In this document: piece by piece, positions 30,505 to 39,952 of the stretch
How positions within the stretch are numbered: the stretch's first letter is position 1
Layout: each line of letters starts with the position of its first letter
Assembly (NCBI GenBank): GCA_020027535.1
Contig: JAHRAK010000002.1
Span: 4,646-68,645, forward strand
DNA: 64,000 nucleotides
DNA from: Nitrospirales bacterium
GTDB lineage: Bacteria; Nitrospirota; Nitrospiria; Nitrospirales; UBA8639
Direction: 5' to 3'
Translations under genes and position numbers: made by a program
The notes under the pieces: model-generated
What the model was told of the DNA's origin: nothing
Databases searched by the model: none
The model's input: the letters and a program-made list of their open reading frames with translations, nothing else

Positions 30505-31803
30505 ATGCCGTCCTGCCTCCCGTTCCTGATCGTGAACGAAGCTGCCGAGCGATTCAGTTTCTACGGCATGCGAACGATCCTGGTCATTTTTATGACCCAA
30601 TATCTCCTGAACGCGGACGGCGCCCTGGACGTGATGAGTGAACCCGAAGCGCGCTCCTATTATCATCTGTTTACGTCCGCGGTGTATTTTTTTCCGGTCA
30701 TTGGGGCACTGATCGCGGATATCTGGTTGGGGAAGTACCGAACGATCATGTCGTTGTCGCTGGTGTATTGCCTGGGGCATTTGGCCCTCGCAATGGATCA
30801 GACCAGGGTCGGCTTGGCCGTAGGGCTCACGCTGATCGCCGTGGGTTCCGGAGGCATCAAACCCTGTGTCTCCGCCAACCTCGGGGACCAGTTCAGTTCG
30901 ACCAACCGTCATCTGCTCAGCAAAGCCTTTTACTGGTTTTATTTTGCGATCAATTTCGGCGCGGGGCTGTCCACGCTCCTGACCCCGTGGTTGCTCAACC
31001 ATATCGGGCCTCACCTGGCCTTCGGCGTGCCCGGGCTGTTGATGCTGCTCGCCACGTGGGTGTTCTGGCTGGGGCGGCGGGACTACGCGCATATCCCCGC
31101 CAGGGGAAAAACGTTTCTTCGGGAATTGCTGACGCGCGACAGCCTGCTGGCCATGTGGCGGCTTACGCCGATTTACCTGTTTGTGGCCGTGTTCTGGGCG
31201 CTCTACGACCAAACCGGGTCGGCTTGGGTCCTCCAGGCAAGAAATATGGATTTATACTGGATGGGGGTGGAATGGCTCCCTTCACAAATTCAGTTCGTCA
31301 ATCCTTTTTTGATCATGCTCCTCATCCCGGTGTTTGCCTACGGCGTCTATCCCGCCATTGACAAGGTGTTTCCCTTGACGCCCTTACGGAAGATCAGCAT
31401 CGGGTTTTTTATGACGGTCATCGCCTTTGTGATTTCCGCGGTGATCGAGATGCAGATTGTCTCGGGACTGCGGCCGAATATCGTGTGGCAAATCGCGGCG
31501 TTCGTGGTGATCACCGCGGCGGAGGTCATGGTCTCGATCACGTGTTTGGAATTTTCCTACACCCAGGCGCCCAAGGCCTTGAAATCGTTTGTCATGGCGC
31601 TCTTTCTCCTGTCGGTGTCCCTGGGAAACGCCTTTACTTCGTTGGTGAATGTCTTCATTCAGAACGACGACGGCAGCGTGTGGCTTGAAGGCCCGGATTA
31701 TTATTGGTTTTTCACGCTGGTCATGCTTGGCGTCTCGATTCTCTTTATTGCGGTGGCCAAACGCTACAAAGGCCAGACGTATCTTCAAGGCGGTGAGGAA
31801 TGA
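30505..31803 (+). CDS. POT/PTR2-family proton-dependent oligopeptide transporter (MFS)
   Basis: Contains FLIVNEAAERFSFYGMRTILVIFM (ExxERFxYYG signature) and about 12 hydrophobic segments. The start is uncertain; the track ORF from 30238 reads through a repeat. Confidence 0.88.
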   Translation: MPSCLPFLIVNEAAERFSFYGMRTILVIFMTQYLLNADGALDVMSEPEARSYYHLFTSAVYFFPVIGALIADIWLGKYRTIMSLSLVYCLGHLALAMDQTRVGLAVGLTLIAVGSGGIKPCVSANLGDQFSSTNRHLLSKAFYWFYFAINFGAGLSTLLTPWLLNHIGPHLAFGVPGLLMLLATWVFWLGRRDYAHIPARGKTFLRELLTRDSLLAMWRLTPIYLFVAVFWALYDQTGSAWVLQARNMDLYWMGVEWLPSQIQFVNPFLIMLLIPVFAYGVYPAIDKVFPLTPLRKISIGFFMTVIAFVISAVIEMQIVSGLRPNIVWQIAAFVVITAAEVMVSITCLEFSYTQAPKALKSFVMALFLLSVSLGNAFTSLVNVFIQNDDGSVWLEGPDYYWFFTLVMLGVSILFIAVAKRYKGQTYLQGGEE

Positions 31804-31864
31804 CAGAGGGAGACGGCAGATCCTGTCAACGAATAACTGAACAGGGACATGCCTGACATGACGA

Positions 31865-32653
31865 TCAGGGTTTGGGCTTCTGACTGAGATACAAGACTTG
31901 GTTGACCCGGAAGGCCTGGGTGTACTGGTCGGCCGTGATGTGCTGTGAATGAAAACAGCGCCCGTCGAAAATGATCAGGCGATTGGGTTTCATGCGGATG
32001 AGGAAGAGGAGCTCCCAATAGGCGTTCCCGTCGTTGATATAGGCATTGTCCCGGTTGGCAAACAAGGGGTTGAAGATCATGCTGTTCTGAAAATTTTCAT
32101 ACCCTTCCGCACTGCTGAGAAATTCATCACTGAGTTCCAGCCTGTCGGCCAGTTCGCGGATCTCCCGGTCCGGCACGATGGGCACCCGTTCCAAGCCAGT
32201 GGGCACATGGCGGTACAAGCCGGTCCCGCCCATACAGGATTCGGCGGGGTTCAGGTAGATCATGGCGGTCACGTCCTGGTCAATATGGGGTTGACGCTGC
32301 CCCACGTTGAGGCGGTACTGATGGTTGGTGATGCCTTGAAACACGACCGGCTGGGGTTCGAAAAACGTGTGCAACCTCGTGCCCCAGAAGTCACTGATCG
32401 CATTCACGATCGGCCCGGTCTCGACGTTGACTGAAGCCCGAACGCCGGGAAAGTTGCCGACAATCTCGAATCGATCGGTATACGGAAGCTCCAAGGCCAG
32501 TTGCAGCACCTGGTCGGGATACTGGTAGAACCCGTCGACCATGACGACCTTATGACCGCCCAAGCCGATATGTTCGACGGAAACTTGGCAGTCGGGATTG
32601 ATCGCGAAGGTTTCAGGAGAGGGTGGCACGAGCGATTCCCTGTTTCCCGTCAT
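31865..32653 (-). CDS. Conserved hypothetical, 2OG-Fe(II)-oxygenase-like (DUF6445-type) protein
   Basis: Contains QPHIDQDVTAMIYLNP...GGTGLYRH...NRLIIFDGRCFHSQH, with HxD...H spacing typical of the cupin/2OG fold. The family assignment is from memory. Confidence 0.6.
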   Translation of the reverse strand: MTGNRESLVPPSPETFAINPDCQVSVEHIGLGGHKVVMVDGFYQYPDQVLQLALELPYTDRFEIVGNFPGVRASVNVETGPIVNAISDFWGTRLHTFFEPQPVVFQGITNHQYRLNVGQRQPHIDQDVTAMIYLNPAESCMGGTGLYRHVPTGLERVPIVPDREIRELADRLELSDEFLSSAEGYENFQNSMIFNPLFANRDNAYINDGNAYWELLFLIRMKPNRLIIFDGRCFHSQHITADQYTQAFRVNQVLYLSQKPKP

Positions 32654-32662
32654 GGGCTAATG

Positions 32663-33175
32663 CTAATGGTCGCTCAACAGTTCGAGAAAACGCGGCGCCA
32701 GGATACGGCTCTGAATAGTCAGCAATCCACGTTCTCCCAGTTCCCGGTAACTCAGGCTGATTTCGGTGTCCTCGAGACGCCAGGAGTATTCCTGGTTCAG
32801 CCCCCGGATCATCGAGCCGGGGCTGTGTCGAATTTTCCCGAATTCCGATTCCAGAGTCTGCTTGATACGGTTGTGCGTTTTTTCGTTTCGGTATCGGATC
32901 ATCACACGGGCAAATTGGGCGTCGATGGCGTAGAGCTTGATGAAATCGACCGGTTCGTTCGCAAACTTCGGCGGGCCTTCCTTATACGCATAAATGTCGA
33001 CCCGACCGTCGGGCTCGACGAGGACGAGCTGAGAAAATTCAGCCAGCGCACTTCCCCAGGGAATCCCCTGAAAGCCCGGTTTGGGCGAGGGAGTCGTATT
33101 CGCGGCGATGAGGAGTTCAGGCAACCAGAGGAAGAAGACCAAAAGCAGAACGGGGTACGGAACGCGACGTGCCAT
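32663..33175 (-). CDS. Hypothetical secreted protein (170 aa)
   Basis: Signal-peptide-like N-terminus MARRVPYPVLLLVFFLWLPELLIAA. It is tightly spaced with the upstream gene. Confidence 0.6.
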   Translation of the reverse strand: MARRVPYPVLLLVFFLWLPELLIAANTTPSPKPGFQGIPWGSALAEFSQLVLVEPDGRVDIYAYKEGPPKFANEPVDFIKLYAIDAQFARVMIRYRNEKTHNRIKQTLESEFGKIRHSPGSMIRGLNQEYSWRLEDTEISLSYRELGERGLLTIQSRILAPRFLELLSDH

Positions 33176-33200
33176 TATCCCGCCACACTAGCACCCTGAT

Positions 33201-33379
33201 ATGAAAATAGCCAGGAATAGCCCGAATTGTCATTGGTATGAAAATAGCTAACACCCCCCGAATCCGTCATTCCCGACGTTTGTAATCGGGAATCCAGCCT
33301 TGTTTTTTGGGGAGTAGACCGGGTGCAAGGGAAAGACCGAAGATTCTGGATCCCCGATGAAGGATGTCGGGGATGACAG
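33201..33379. repeat. Repeat family A: two ATGAAAATAGC head motifs plus a 114-bp MITE-like copy (33266-33379)
   Basis: Reads GTCATTCCCGACgtttgtaatCGGGAATCCAG ... CTGGATCCCCGATgaaggatgTCGGGGATGACAG. Confidence 0.8.
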
Positions 33380-33410
33380 AAGGGGAAGGGAGTCAATAAA
33401 AAGAGGGGAG

Positions 33411-34349
33411 TCAGAACGCCGCGTTTGCTGGGACTGGCATGGCATGAAGCGAATCTTCAAGATCGGCCAAATCGGGTACAGGCTTCTCAGCGGGTCCCAC
33501 AATCGTCCATGCCTCGGGGTTGTCCAGGATCGCCTGGACGAGTTGGGTGTGGAGATGATGGCCTGAACATTTGCCGATAATATGACCGATGACGTTGATG
33601 CCGAGGAGAGACAGATCTCCAATCAGGTCCAACACCTTATGGCGAACACATTCATCCGGGAACCGGAGCGTTTCTTCATTCATCATTCCGGTCTCCGTAA
33701 ACACGATGGTGTTGTCCAGGGAACCACCTTTTCCCAAGCCGCGAGCCCGTAAGGCTTCCGCTTCATGCGAAAACCCAAAGGTCCGGGCGTGCGCGATATT
33801 GGCCTCGAACTCCACCGCCGACCACTCATGTTCATAGGTTTGCTGTTGGATCAACTGATGATCGTAGTTGATCGTATAGGTGATCTTGGGAAAGGGGGAG
33901 GGAAGAATGGAAATCCCTCGATTGTCATCACCGATATGAATGGGTTCTACAATTTTGAGATAGGTTCGAGGACGTTCCTGGGGCAGAATCCCGGCGAGTT
34001 GAATGAGTTTGGCAAAGGGCGCCGCACTGCCGTCCATCGCCGGAACCTCTTCCGAATCGATATCGATGAAGGCATTATCGATTCCCAAACCCCAGAGGGC
34101 GGAAAGCACGTGTTCGGTCGTTTGGATTTGGAATCCATTGGAGCCGACCGCCGTGCACAACTCCATGGGCCTGAGATTGCGAATCGACGCCTGGCACGTC
34201 TCGACGTGACTGTTGACTTTCCGCCGGAACACAATGCCGTTGTCCACGGGTGCCGGGGAAAGACTGACCTTCGAAAAACGACCCGAATGGAGCCCGACTC
34301 CGGAGACCGAGATGGTTTGCTCAATGGTCTGTTGCAGTTGTCCGAACAT
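33411..34349 (-). CDS. lpxC: UDP-3-O-acyl-N-acetylglucosamine deacetylase
   Basis: Contains QQTIEQTISVSGVGLHSGRFSKVSLSPAPVDNGIVFRR, TTEHVLSALWGLGIDNAFIDIDSEEVPAMDGSAAPF and HKVLDLIGDLSLLG. The start is taken at MFGQLQQ (34349). Confidence 0.93.
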   Translation of the reverse strand: MFGQLQQTIEQTISVSGVGLHSGRFSKVSLSPAPVDNGIVFRRKVNSHVETCQASIRNLRPMELCTAVGSNGFQIQTTEHVLSALWGLGIDNAFIDIDSEEVPAMDGSAAPFAKLIQLAGILPQERPRTYLKIVEPIHIGDDNRGISILPSPFPKITYTINYDHQLIQQQTYEHEWSAVEFEANIAHARTFGFSHEAEALRARGLGKGGSLDNTIVFTETGMMNEETLRFPDECVRHKVLDLIGDLSLLGINVIGHIIGKCSGHHLHTQLVQAILDNPEAWTIVGPAEKPVPDLADLEDSLHAMPVPANAAF

Positions 34350-34561
34350 GGTTATCTGTTTCTCTGAATTGGAACAAATATTCCATAAACTTGTAACGCT
34401 AATCACGCTGCAAATTTCGGGCCATATTCATCATGGCATAAGATTTCATAACATATTGAAATATAATGATAAATAAAAACTCGTTTTGCAAGTTAATGAA
34501 ATTGATGTGAAAAGTCAATAGTGGTGTTGCAAAAAAAACATCATAGCAGGGCGAGACATGG

Positions 34562-34888
34562 TCAGGATCGAAAGGGCTCCAATAAATATCGCAAGGACTC
34601 GGGGAACTGATCGATGGCATCGGTGCGTGCGAGTCCGGTGATGATGCCCCGATGTTTTTTGTGTAATCCGGAGTCGATAAAGGCCTGGACGTGGAGTTTC
34701 CATCTCAAGGAATCATCGCCGAGGAGTTGTGCCTGCTCCTCGGCGGTTTTGGTTTCGAACAGGGTGGAGAGATCCCGTATGGTCTTTTCGACGCTATCAT
34801 AGGGTGGAGCGAGCTTCAACGCAGCATAAAATGCTTCCAGGTTCTGACGGAATTCGTTGAGGAGGGCCTGGCAATCGTGCTGTGACAT
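34562..34888 (-). CDS. Hypothetical protein (108 aa)
   Basis: ORF-track entry with helical composition. Start is ATG 34888 or TTG 34906. Confidence 0.45.
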   Translation of the reverse strand: MSQHDCQALLNEFRQNLEAFYAALKLAPPYDSVEKTIRDLSTLFETKTAEEQAQLLGDDSLRWKLHVQAFIDSGLHKKHRGIITGLARTDAIDQFPESLRYLLEPFRS

Positions 34889-34963
34889 ACCGGGGGCGCT
34901 TTGCAACCGTTTTCTGTGTAGGGGCGGGCCCCCGTGCCCGCCCGCCGTAACCCGGGATGCGCC

Positions 34964-35653
34964 TTACTCGGAATTACTGAATCCGTCCAGGTCATGCTCT
35001 TTCCCGATCATGACCAGGACGTCGCCTTTTTCGATCATATCGTCGGGGGAGGGAGTGAAATTAAAGGTATCTTCCTTCTTTAATTTTCCCTTGATCATGC
35101 GATTCACCTGTTTCTTGATGCCGATAATGTTGAGATTGTGAAGCTCACGGATTTTGGTTTCCTCGATGCTCATGCCGGAAAACCGATCCGGCACCGCGAC
35201 TTCTTCGACACTGTACCCGGGCGCCAATTCGAGATAGTCCAACACCTCGGGGGAAACCAGTCGATGCACGAGCCGGATGGCGGCGTCCCGTTCGGGGTAG
35301 ATCACTTCGGTTACCCCGAGATTGCTGAGGATTTTCCCGTGAGCGTTGGTTACGGCCTTGGCGATGATGGACGTGATCCCCATTTCGGTCAGCGTTTGGA
35401 CGATGAGGATGCTGGCTTCGATGTTTTCGCCGATGCTCACCACCGCCACGTCGACGTTTTGGGTACTGACGGCTTTCAGCGCGCGTTCATCCGTCGCGTC
35501 GCACTGGACCGCAAAGGTCGCAATGTCACTGATTGATTGAATTTTCGCCTCTTCACTGTCGATAGCGAGGACTTCACATCCCTTTTGCACCAAGGATTCC
35601 GCGACGCTATATCCGAATCGGCCCAAGCCGATAACCGCAAACAGACGCTTCAT
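34964..35653 (-). CDS. trkA: TrkA/KtrA-type potassium transporter peripheral subunit (RCK N plus C domains)
   Basis: Contains MKRLFAVIGLGRFGYSVAESLVQKGCEVLAIDSEE (GxGxxG Rossmann fold) and a C-terminal TrkA-C segment (GDVLVMIGKEHDLD). Confidence 0.88.
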   Translation of the reverse strand: MKRLFAVIGLGRFGYSVAESLVQKGCEVLAIDSEEAKIQSISDIATFAVQCDATDERALKAVSTQNVDVAVVSIGENIEASILIVQTLTEMGITSIIAKAVTNAHGKILSNLGVTEVIYPERDAAIRLVHRLVSPEVLDYLELAPGYSVEEVAVPDRFSGMSIEETKIRELHNLNIIGIKKQVNRMIKGKLKKEDTFNFTPSPDDMIEKGDVLVMIGKEHDLDGFSNSE

Positions 35654-35704
35654 GGTTGTATGCCACTCATCTGATGATGTGGGTCGTGGTGGAAGCCGTC
35701 CTGC

Positions 35705-36517
35705 CTATGCTGAAGAGGGGTCTTCAGGCGGGGGTGGCGCCGCCGGTTCCGTGTTTTTCAGAAACGGGCTCAACAAGTCAATGGGCACGGGAAACAAAAT
35801 CGTGGAATTTTTGTCCCCGGCCACGTTCATGATGGTTTCGAGATACCGTAATTGCAGGGCGGCCGGATTCCGACTCAGGATGTTGGCGGCGTCGGAGAGG
35901 CGTTGGGAGGCCTGAAATTCTCCTTCGGCATGGATGACTTTCGACCGTCGCTCCCGTTCAGCTTCCGCCTGTCTCGCAATCGCCCGTTGCATTTCTTGCG
36001 GGAGGTCCACGTTTTTGACTTCGACGGCGGACACCTTGATGCCCCAGGGTTCGGTGGCCTGGTCGATAATCCGCTGCAAGTCCGCGTTGATTTCATCCCG
36101 TTTCGAGAGCAGGTCGTCCAACTGGCTCTGGCCCAGGACGCTCCGCAAGGTCGTTTGGGCGATCATGGAGGTGGCATAATAATAGTCCTCCACCCCGACA
36201 ATGGCTTTTTCCGACTCCACCACGCGAAAATAGATCACCGCATTGACCTTGACCGACACATTGTCTTTCGTGATGACGTCCTGGGGAGGGACGTCCATGG
36301 TCACGGTTCGGAGGCTTACGCGAACCAGTTTATCGATCAACGGGATGATGATCACAATGCCGGGTCCATTCTTCCCGATGAGGCCTTTGGCCAGACGGCC
36401 TACGCGAAAAATGACGGCTCGCTCATATTCCCGCAGGATATACAACCCTTTCGAGATCAGGATGACGAAACCCAGGAACAGGATAAACAGCATGGTGGAA
36501 TTCAAGGGTGACTCCAT
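35705..36517 (-). CDS. SPFH/band-7 (stomatin-like, slipin) membrane protein
   Basis: Contains [56 protein letters not shown] and [14 protein letters not shown]. Confidence 0.92.
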   Translation of the reverse strand: MESPLNSTMLFILFLGFVILISKGLYILREYERAVIFRVGRLAKGLIGKNGPGIVIIIPLIDKLVRVSLRTVTMDVPPQDVITKDNVSVKVNAVIYFRVVESEKAIVGVEDYYYATSMIAQTTLRSVLGQSQLDDLLSKRDEINADLQRIIDQATEPWGIKVSAVEVKNVDLPQEMQRAIARQAEAERERRSKVIHAEGEFQASQRLSDAANILSRNPAALQLRYLETIMNVAGDKNSTILFPVPIDLLSPFLKNTEPAAPPPPEDPSSA

Positions 36518-36520
36518 TGT

Positions 36521-37888
36521 TTATTGGCTTTCGCTTTGAGGTTCCAGTGGTTTGACGTGGACCGTGAGCCCCTCGACTTGCGTGATTTGAATAGGCTGTC
36601 CTTCGGTCACCGGCGCCGAGCTGACGGCGTCCCAGATTTCACCCTGGAAAAAAATTTTCCCGGTCGGCGTCAGATTCGTTTTCGCGGATCCGATGCGGCC
36701 GATCATCCCTTCGCTGCCGGTGGACGTTTGCCTGCGTAAGGCACGGACGCCGAAATTGACCACGAGAAACGTAAACCCGACCGCCAGGGCGATGACGGGA
36801 AGCATAACAGACCAGGAGATCTGATAATAGGGGAAATCCTCGTTGAAGAGAAACAGCGACCCCAGCACCATGGCGGTGACCCCGCCGATGGCCAACAACC
36901 CGTAACTGGTGACGGTGACCTCCAGGATCAACATGACGATGCCCAGAATGAACAACAGCACCCCCGCGTAGTTTACGGGAAGGGACTGGAGGGAATAGAA
37001 GGCCAGGATCAGGCTGATGGCGCCGACCACGCCGGGCAGAATCGCGCCCGGGCTATAGAGTTCCGCGATCAACCCGATGGTGCCGATGGTCATGAGCACG
37101 TAGGCGATATTCGGATCGCTGATGGCTTTCATGGTTTCGAGTCGCCAACTCATGGGGAAATCTTGAGTACGCATATCCTGCGTCTCAAGAGTCACGGTCT
37201 GTTCACCAAGGGAGAGGTCCCATCCGTCGAGTTGTTGGAACAAGTCATCGAGGTCCGACGCAATCAGATCGATCACGCCCAACTCCCGGGCTTCCGTGGC
37301 AGTGGCCGAGACGCTTTTCTTGACGGCGTTTTCCGCCCATTCGACGTTCCGGCCCCGGCGTTCGGCAATGGAACGGATATAGGCGACCGCGTCATTCTCC
37401 ACTTTTTCCTTCATCACCTCGTCCATTTCCCCGCCTCCCATGGCCACGGGGTGGGCCGCACCGATATTGGTGCCCGGCGCCATGGCCGACACGTGCGCCG
37501 CCAGGGTCAGGAAGACCCCGGCCGACGCGGCGCGCCCGCCGGTCGGGGCGACGTAAACGACAATGGGCAGTTGGGCGCCCGTGATGTCCTTGATCATCAA
37601 ACGCATCGACGTGTCCAGTCCTCCGGGTGTATCGAGTTGAAACACGAGAAACCGGGCGCGTTCCTGCTCCGCATGGGCGATGGCTTCGTGGAGATATTCG
37701 GCGGCGACGGGATTGATCACACCTTCATAGGCGGCGGTGACCACCAGGGAAGGTTCGGCCCGGGAAAGGCCGATCTGACAGGAGAAAAGCAGAACGCTCA
37801 GCGCGATGACCGCGCGTCCTTTTCGATTGTGCCACACTGAAGCAGAAACGGACCAAAATCGGGAAGGCGTTGTGCGAGAGATAGTCAA
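36521..37888 (-). CDS. NfeD-family membrane-bound ClpP-class serine protease (stomatin operon partner)
   Basis: The N-terminal ClpP-like domain reads INPVAAEYLHEAIAHAEQE...LDTPGGLDTSMRLM...GRAASAGVFL. It has central transmembrane helices and a C-terminal OB domain (GKIFFQGEIWDAVS). It lies immediately upstream of the SPFH gene. Confidence 0.9.
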   Translation of the reverse strand: MTISRTTPSRFWSVSASVWHNRKGRAVIALSVLLFSCQIGLSRAEPSLVVTAAYEGVINPVAAEYLHEAIAHAEQERARFLVFQLDTPGGLDTSMRLMIKDITGAQLPIVVYVAPTGGRAASAGVFLTLAAHVSAMAPGTNIGAAHPVAMGGGEMDEVMKEKVENDAVAYIRSIAERRGRNVEWAENAVKKSVSATATEARELGVIDLIASDLDDLFQQLDGWDLSLGEQTVTLETQDMRTQDFPMSWRLETMKAISDPNIAYVLMTIGTIGLIAELYSPGAILPGVVGAISLILAFYSLQSLPVNYAGVLLFILGIVMLILEVTVTSYGLLAIGGVTAMVLGSLFLFNEDFPYYQISWSVMLPVIALAVGFTFLVVNFGVRALRRQTSTGSEGMIGRIGSAKTNLTPTGKIFFQGEIWDAVSSAPVTEGQPIQITQVEGLTVHVKPLEPQSESQ

Positions 37889-38025
37889 TGCGGAGGAAAC
37901 CTCCTACAGAAACCATCTTACGACCCTCTCCCAAGGGTGTCAAGAAAACGCACCCGTTCGGCAGATCTACAACCTTTCTCTCCCTTCGCCCCTGACGGGA
38001 GCATGCCGGGTGAGGGGGAAAGACC

Positions 38026-38234
38026 CTGGATCCCCGATCGGGTCGGGGATGACAGAAGAAAAAAGCAGGTTCCTCGCTTTGCCCAGAAAGACAAGCGTTG
38101 TGCCTTCTTTCTGTCATCCTCGACACTTGTCCCCGACATCCTTAATCGGGGATCTAGGCGATTTATAAGGATCCAGGGTCTTTATCTTCGCATTCGTGGC
38201 CGTGACCTTCCCCGATTAAGAACGTCGAGGACAG
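38026..38234. repeat. Cluster of repeat family A units
   Basis: Contains CTGGATCCCCGATcgggTCGGGGATGACAG, CTGTCATCCTCGAC..CCCCGACatccttaATCGGGGATCTAG, GGATCCAGG and CCCCGATtaagaacgTCGAGGACAG. Confidence 0.8.
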
Positions 38235-38281
38235 GCCTTGCTCGGAGACAGGGATGTGCCGGATGCCGGATCATGGTGTGA

Positions 38282-38320
38282 GTCAAACGAAGGCAGCCCT
38301 AAGACTGCCTTTCGTTTGAC
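38282..38320. terminator. Strong hairpin (gtcaaacgaaggcag-N8-ctgcctttcgtttgac)
   Basis: 15-16 bp stem with one bulge, read directly. It is orphan, with no intact gene ending next to it. Confidence 0.3.
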
Positions 38321-38419
38321 CTGCAGTGAGCATGCGGCCGGCTGCGTGGGGCTATGAATGAGATGCCACTGTTTATGCGCGTGGAATACCCCCAAAGAAC
38401 TAGAGTCTCTGCTAGTGGT

Positions 38420-38583
38420 TGCACTCCCGAACATAACGCATTCATCGAGACATTCAATGGCGGCTGCGTGAAGGGTGTGTGAATGTCTCCTGGTTTTTAT
38501 CGTTGAACGACGCCAGAGACCGGATCGAAAGTTGGAGACACGACTGCAAAACCACTCGGGTAAGCGCAGGGCATATTTATTGA
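38420..38583 (+). mobile_element. IS3-family transposase (OrfB/integrase core) C-terminal remnant, frameshifted pseudogene
   Basis: One frame reads PEHNAFIETFNG. After a frameshift the sequence reads NVSWFLSLNDARDRIESWRHD..., which is the conserved ...NAFIESFNG...W(F)xSLxDARxxIExWRxxYN... transposase tail. There is no upstream catalytic core or IRs. Confidence 0.6.
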
Positions 38584-39746
38584 GAGATAACCTTGGGGGC
38601 GAAGAAATTCCCGATGAACTCACCATGACTGCCGTCCGGATGGCTAAATTGTGCACCGGTCGTTCCGGCAACGAGGCGAGGATCACCAGACCCATCAAAA
38701 GCAGGACGGTTTGAAAACCTGCCGCCCCAAGACCCCTGGACGTCGGAAACGGGTATGCTGATTGGAACGGCTCGCCCGCCTATGATGATTTCTACGTCTT
38801 CGCCTGTGAACGTGCCGTCGGATTTAATTGGCGACGATCCAAACTTGATCGAGGCAAGACTTAGCGCGGTATAGATTTCGCTTCTGGTTCCATCGGTATT
38901 TACGAAGACCTCTGTCGTTTCAAAGTTTTCGTCGCAGCCGATGCATCCGCTGATGGTGTCGGCTCCAAAATCGGCAGTGAGCGTCATCACACCGGAGTAC
39001 TCCCCTGTTGCTTTGTCTCCGGCCTCAAGCCGAGGGTCAACTGGTTCCCACATGGGGCCGTAGTAATACGTGTACAAGCCCGCCGCACGGCCTCTGTAAG
39101 TAGCAGTTCCAACTGGCGGCATCACTGGAGCGCTGGAAAATTCAGAACCATCAATGAACGCTCCAATGTCTGCGTCAGTAATCGAATCCGTGGCAAGATC
39201 GCCTTTCAGATGTATCCAGTAGCCCCCTGCCAGGTAATCCGTGGGATCATCCCTGTGCCAGCTGACCGAAACGTACGCAGCCGAGGTGGCGGTGTCCTGA
39301 TAGTCGAACAGTGTCCAATCGCTTAAGAAATGACGGCGAATCGGAGAAGGTGGAAGCGCGCGTTTTTCTACCATGCTGGGCACTGAATGAGTCGCTGAGT
39401 CCAAGGCCTCATTGCTGCCATCCTGGGAAGTGGTTGTCAACGTCACATTGGCCTCAATGCGGTTGCTGTCATCCAACTCAAGGGGGAAAGGGCGGTTAAA
39501 CATTATGGAAACAGTATCGGTTGCCCTACCCGAGGAGTCAGTATTTGACGATCGTAGGACACCTCTGTCGGTGAAGCGTGGAGTACTGTTTGCAGTCTGT
39601 GATGCCGCCACTTCTAAGGCGTCATGAGGCACGATCCAGGCATCGCTGAGAGTAGGAAGAGGAGAGACTCCCCCTCCGCCCCCGCATCCGGCCAAGGCCA
39701 AAGTGACAATCATAGCCAAAGTACAGACCAAGCGTTGCCTGTTCAT
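38577..39746 (-). CDS. Lipoprotein with a C-terminal TbpB/fHbp-like lipoprotein beta-barrel domain (putative surface lipoprotein)
   Basis: AGGAGG RBS precedes MNRQRLVCTLAMIVTLALAGCGGGGG (lipobox). The C-terminus reads ATYRGRAAG...GEYSGVMTLTADFGADTISGCI...DGTFTG...GSWGGRFSN...VAGTTGAQFSHPDGSHGEFIGNFFAPK, the strand pattern of TbpB-type barrels. GC is lower than in the flanks. Confidence 0.7.
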   Translation of the reverse strand: MNRQRLVCTLAMIVTLALAGCGGGGGVSPLPTLSDAWIVPHDALEVAASQTANSTPRFTDRGVLRSSNTDSSGRATDTVSIMFNRPFPLELDDSNRIEANVTLTTTSQDGSNEALDSATHSVPSMVEKRALPPSPIRRHFLSDWTLFDYQDTATSAAYVSVSWHRDDPTDYLAGGYWIHLKGDLATDSITDADIGAFIDGSEFSSAPVMPPVGTATYRGRAAGLYTYYYGPMWEPVDPRLEAGDKATGEYSGVMTLTADFGADTISGCIGCDENFETTEVFVNTDGTRSEIYTALSLASIKFGSSPIKSDGTFTGEDVEIIIGGRAVPISIPVSDVQGSWGGRFSNRPAFDGSGDPRLVAGTTGAQFSHPDGSHGEFIGNFFAPKVISQ

Positions 39747-39952
39747 GCTGTGCCTCCTGAAAGAGCTTATCAATGAAGTAGATAAATAGATGGCCATTAA
39801 GTAAAATAACGACATTCAATTTGGTATTATTAATCAATTATTGTTTTGTCAGGACGGCTAGCGGCAGAAGTGGTGGCGTTGGGATATGGCCCTACGGAAC
39901 GGGACAGCGAATCACACAGGACAAGTTGCAACCCCAAGGGCAGGTTCCTAGA

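Noticed and set aside
38216-38698. 160-aa minus-strand ORF
   Set aside because: It spans repeat units, an orphan hairpin and the antisense of the IS3 remnant, and overlaps the 3' end of the lipoprotein gene. It has no motif and is a spurious read-through.
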